From Auanema rhodensis (Eukaryota; Animalia; Nematoda), in contig OZ059895.1 in assembly GCA_964057225.1 (NCBI GenBank), positions 8,122,001-8,186,000 of the forward strand: a stretch of 64,000 nucleotides of DNA, in the 5' to 3' direction. Positions 61,037-64,000 of this stretch are shown piece after piece. Both the position numbers and the translations under genes were made by a program. Position 1 is the first letter of the stretch; every line of letters begins with the position of its first letter. A model generated the notes under the pieces. That model was not told the origin of the DNA. It searched no databases and saw only the letters and a list, made by a program, of their open reading frames with translations.

Positions 61037-62172
61037 TTAAATTTCTAGTTTGGTATCTATCTCAAACAATTCATCATCTGATGAATCCTCTAACAATTGC
61101 ACTTTATCAGCAGCACTGTTATAATGAGGCAGAGGAGTATAACTGAAAGATTAAAAAATTGAATATTATAAGAGATTTAAGTATAACTTACTCAATTTGT
61201 TGTCTGTCATCACGTACAATATAATGTATGACACATCCTACTAATACGATAAATACTACTATAACTATAGCCCATATAAATGTCCAGAATGTTGAATTAG
61301 AAGTATGACGAGTTGGATATACAGCATTTGGTGAACAGTCTTCTGGAAACAAGATCATCTTACTGCGTATTTGCCTTTTCAAAACTGTACCACATCGAGC
61401 AAGACTAGGATCTTGTCCCTTGGCACAACACGGCCTGCAGTATGAAGTTGATCTATTACCATACCCAGATGCACACGCATCACAACTCAACGATCCTGGA
61501 AGCAAACGTAATTGGAATTGTTTTTTCCTTATTATCATACCAGGACCGTGGCAGATTTGGCATGCTTCATCGCAAGCACTACATTTACCGAGAACATCAA
61601 TATAATACCCAAGTCCACATTTTTCCGAGACTGTTACACACTTAGCTTGAACCAAGTTTGATTCATCTGAAGGAAGAGACGAGAATGCAATAGTTTGTTG
61701 CAATAGAGTGTATTATTGAAAACTTACAATCTGTGACTAAGTTAGCCGGACATTTATCAACGCATTTGCCGTGCAACCCCAGCTCAACGGCATCAATCAG
61801 TAGTTGTGATCCCGGACAAGTTTCACAAACCTAGAACCCGGTTGAAACCATTATGTATAACTGCCATTGATTCAAACCTCAGCCTTTGTACAAGTATGAC
61901 AATGAGAAGAACACATCTTGCACATTGTACCATCGAGGAAATATGTATCATCACAGCGTGTGACACATCTAATTAAGATTTGTTTATTGTATGTTTGAAT
62001 ATATTAAAATTTACTTAAACCCGCTTCCTGCTTTGTTTCTAAGTGTCTGTGTTAATCCTTTACATTTGATGCACGAAGTAGCAGATCTAGGCTCTGTACA
62101 TCCATCACATTGTTCATGACAATCACCCACTGACGTCAAATCACCGAATGATACAACTTCTGATTCATCCGT
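61037..62172 (-). CDS. bli-4: 3' end of proprotein convertase BLI-4 (Cys-rich, transmembrane isoform); catalytic exons lie beyond the window
   Basis: Furin-like repeats 'CHEQCDGCTE..LTQTLRNKAGSGF..CKMCSSHCHTCTKAEVCETCPGS..YESNLVQAKC', a TM helix, and cytosolic 'YTPL' plus acidic 'EDSSDDE'. TAA at 61037-61039. Confidence 0.88.
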
Positions 62173-63721
62173 CTAAAACGGAAAAAAAGAAATAAACTCT
62201 ATTCTAACGTTTTATTTTCTTTTTATTACGGTGTTCGACCCTAGTTATGTAAACATTTGCCGTTTTATAGAACTTGTATTATAGAATATTCTTCAAATAT
62301 TATGAACGTGCAACGTGCACTAAATATAATAGACCCAATCATTCATAGAATATAATTTGAAAACATCAAAGAAGCTGCTAGCTAAGCTTAGCAATACACC
62401 ATACCAACATAACTCCGGAATAATCATGTACATGATTGATACAACCACCTACACATTGTCACATGCCAACACCACAACATAACAAAGAAAATTTATTTAA
62501 ACTATAACTAATCGTCTCAGAATCGCGCGGAGCACAAGGGAAAATTGACACATTTTACATACAAGGACTTCACAACGACTACTACAATGTAGGAGTTAGA
62601 GGTCTAATATCATCATAATGGGCACACTATGTTCTTCAAATAATTAACGAAACGGCGGGAGTCTTCAGAAATGGTACCGTCTATAACCTTGCTGACAACA
62701 CCAGAAGTGATTAAAATTTCAGGTTGAGGTTTCAAGAATAGCCTTCGGGCCTTTTAAAGATAAATGAAGGTAATGGGCAAAATGATCTCAATAACTTTAA
62801 AATGAATACTGATTTTCATAAAATCTTCGTTTCAAAAGCTGATATAAACGATATGAGGTTCTGAAGAAATCGTAAGCATGATACAATAAAACTACAAATA
62901 AATGGAAAGTTGGCTAATAAACTTGGATATTCATGAGTTGCGAAAATGAGTAATCAACTTTTCAGAATTAAAAAACTGAGCAGGCAAAAGAACTATCTGT
63001 TATTCTTTAATTAAGATAAAAATCTAATAAAGCCAAATCCTTTAAAGGTCTATTTAGAATGAAATGCAAACGTTAATGAGAACCACCAAACATCCGTGAG
63101 AACATTGAATCGAAAAAACTCCTCAAATGTTCATGGCTCCGTTGTTGCGACTAAATCGGAATCCCATTATATTTCATATGAAATCATTGAATGATCTTAT
63201 TCAGGAGCAAGCAGGATGCACAATTCAGGGCAGGGGGCAAGTTGTCAGCAGGATGGATAAGTTAGATGTTGGGGAGATGGAACCAGACGAATCTGGTAGG
63301 TAGTGTACAAGGTTTGACAGTAAGGGAAGAAAACTCATGCAAATTTTTTCATTCGAAGACACAGCATGCCCGTAGGTATTTGTCAGAAAATAAGGCAAAC
63401 CAGGTAAATACAAACGATGATGGCTCATATCACATAAAAAACACGCAAATGTACCCATATAAAACGCTCTAACGCCGTAACATAATTTCTCTGAAGACTG
63501 AAGTATATCACAGATACAATGGGAAGACAGGCATTAATGGAAAAATAGAAATATTTAAGACTCTATACACTTATGCGGTTGAGTAAGTTCCAACCATAAA
63601 AAGATATGGATGAAAAATTATGTAGATCAATGAATAAAACTATGAGAAGGGAAAAAAGGAATGAAATGCATTCAGAATGGCTTCAGGTATAGTAAGAAGA
63701 GCTATAAATGTTTTTTTAATG

Positions 63722-63829
63722 TTAGGCAGGCACGATTGTAGAAGATCGTCGACACGACAGATAGGCAGCTACGGCTATCAGTATCAGAACGACCGCGTGT
63801 ACGACCATGAACACTACAGGCAAAGTGAT
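63722..63829 (-). CDS. bli-4: Probable alternative terminal exon of bli-4 encoding a short TM anchor
   Basis: CTCCAG acceptor then ITLPVVFMVVHAVVLILIAVAAYLSCRRSSTIVPA*, in phase 0 like the 62172 exon; higher GC than the surrounding intron. Confidence 0.6.
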   Translation of the reverse strand: MTLPVVFMVVHAVVLILIAVAAYLSCRRSSTIVPA

Positions 63830-64000
63830 CTGGAGAAAATACCAATATGGGAGGATAGAAAAACGTTTTGAGAATTGGGGAATTACAAACGTTTGAAAAT
63901 GCAAATTGAAGTGCAGTAACAGTGGCTATCAGGTGATTAAATATACGTTTACGGTCTGATTGGCAACTCAAACGAAGTAAAAGAATTTAGCGCTGATTTA

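Overview
AT-rich, very gene-dense eukaryotic genomic DNA from a nematode, most likely a non-Caenorhabditis rhabditid (clade V); the species cannot be fixed from the sequence. Genes are split by many 36-55 nt introns, so the ORF track shows only fragments and I rebuilt the models by hand. I can support 23 protein-coding genes (22 complete, 1 partial): sre-type chemoreceptor, nfs-1, kin-3 (CK2 alpha), mrpl-9, rpn-10, STMP1 micropeptide, XRCC1, RAM/RAMAC, a SKP1/skr paralogue, a 443-aa orphan, mrpl-52, prp-17, GRASP, smu-1, pmr-1, two tandem M14A carboxypeptidases with ShK domains, an SHC adaptor, a second sre, gpi-1, ubc-14, cep-290 and the 3' end of bli-4. Several sit in probable SL2-type operons or share short bidirectional promoters. 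Most notable: (1) an XRCC1 with NTD and BRCT1 but no BRCT2, a gene C. elegans is reported to lack; (2) a RAM cap-methyltransferase activator with a 6x12-aa repeat tail; (3) a relaxed splice code in which about a third of hand-checked acceptors are AAG, a few GAG, plus a GC donor, unlike the C. elegans UUUCAG; (4) two carboxypeptidases with Glu255 and RxxR activation sites about 21 kb from bli-4, which itself has candidate alternative terminal exons. No tRNA, rRNA, transposon or CRISPR was recognised. Family calls rest on motif recall, not database searches.
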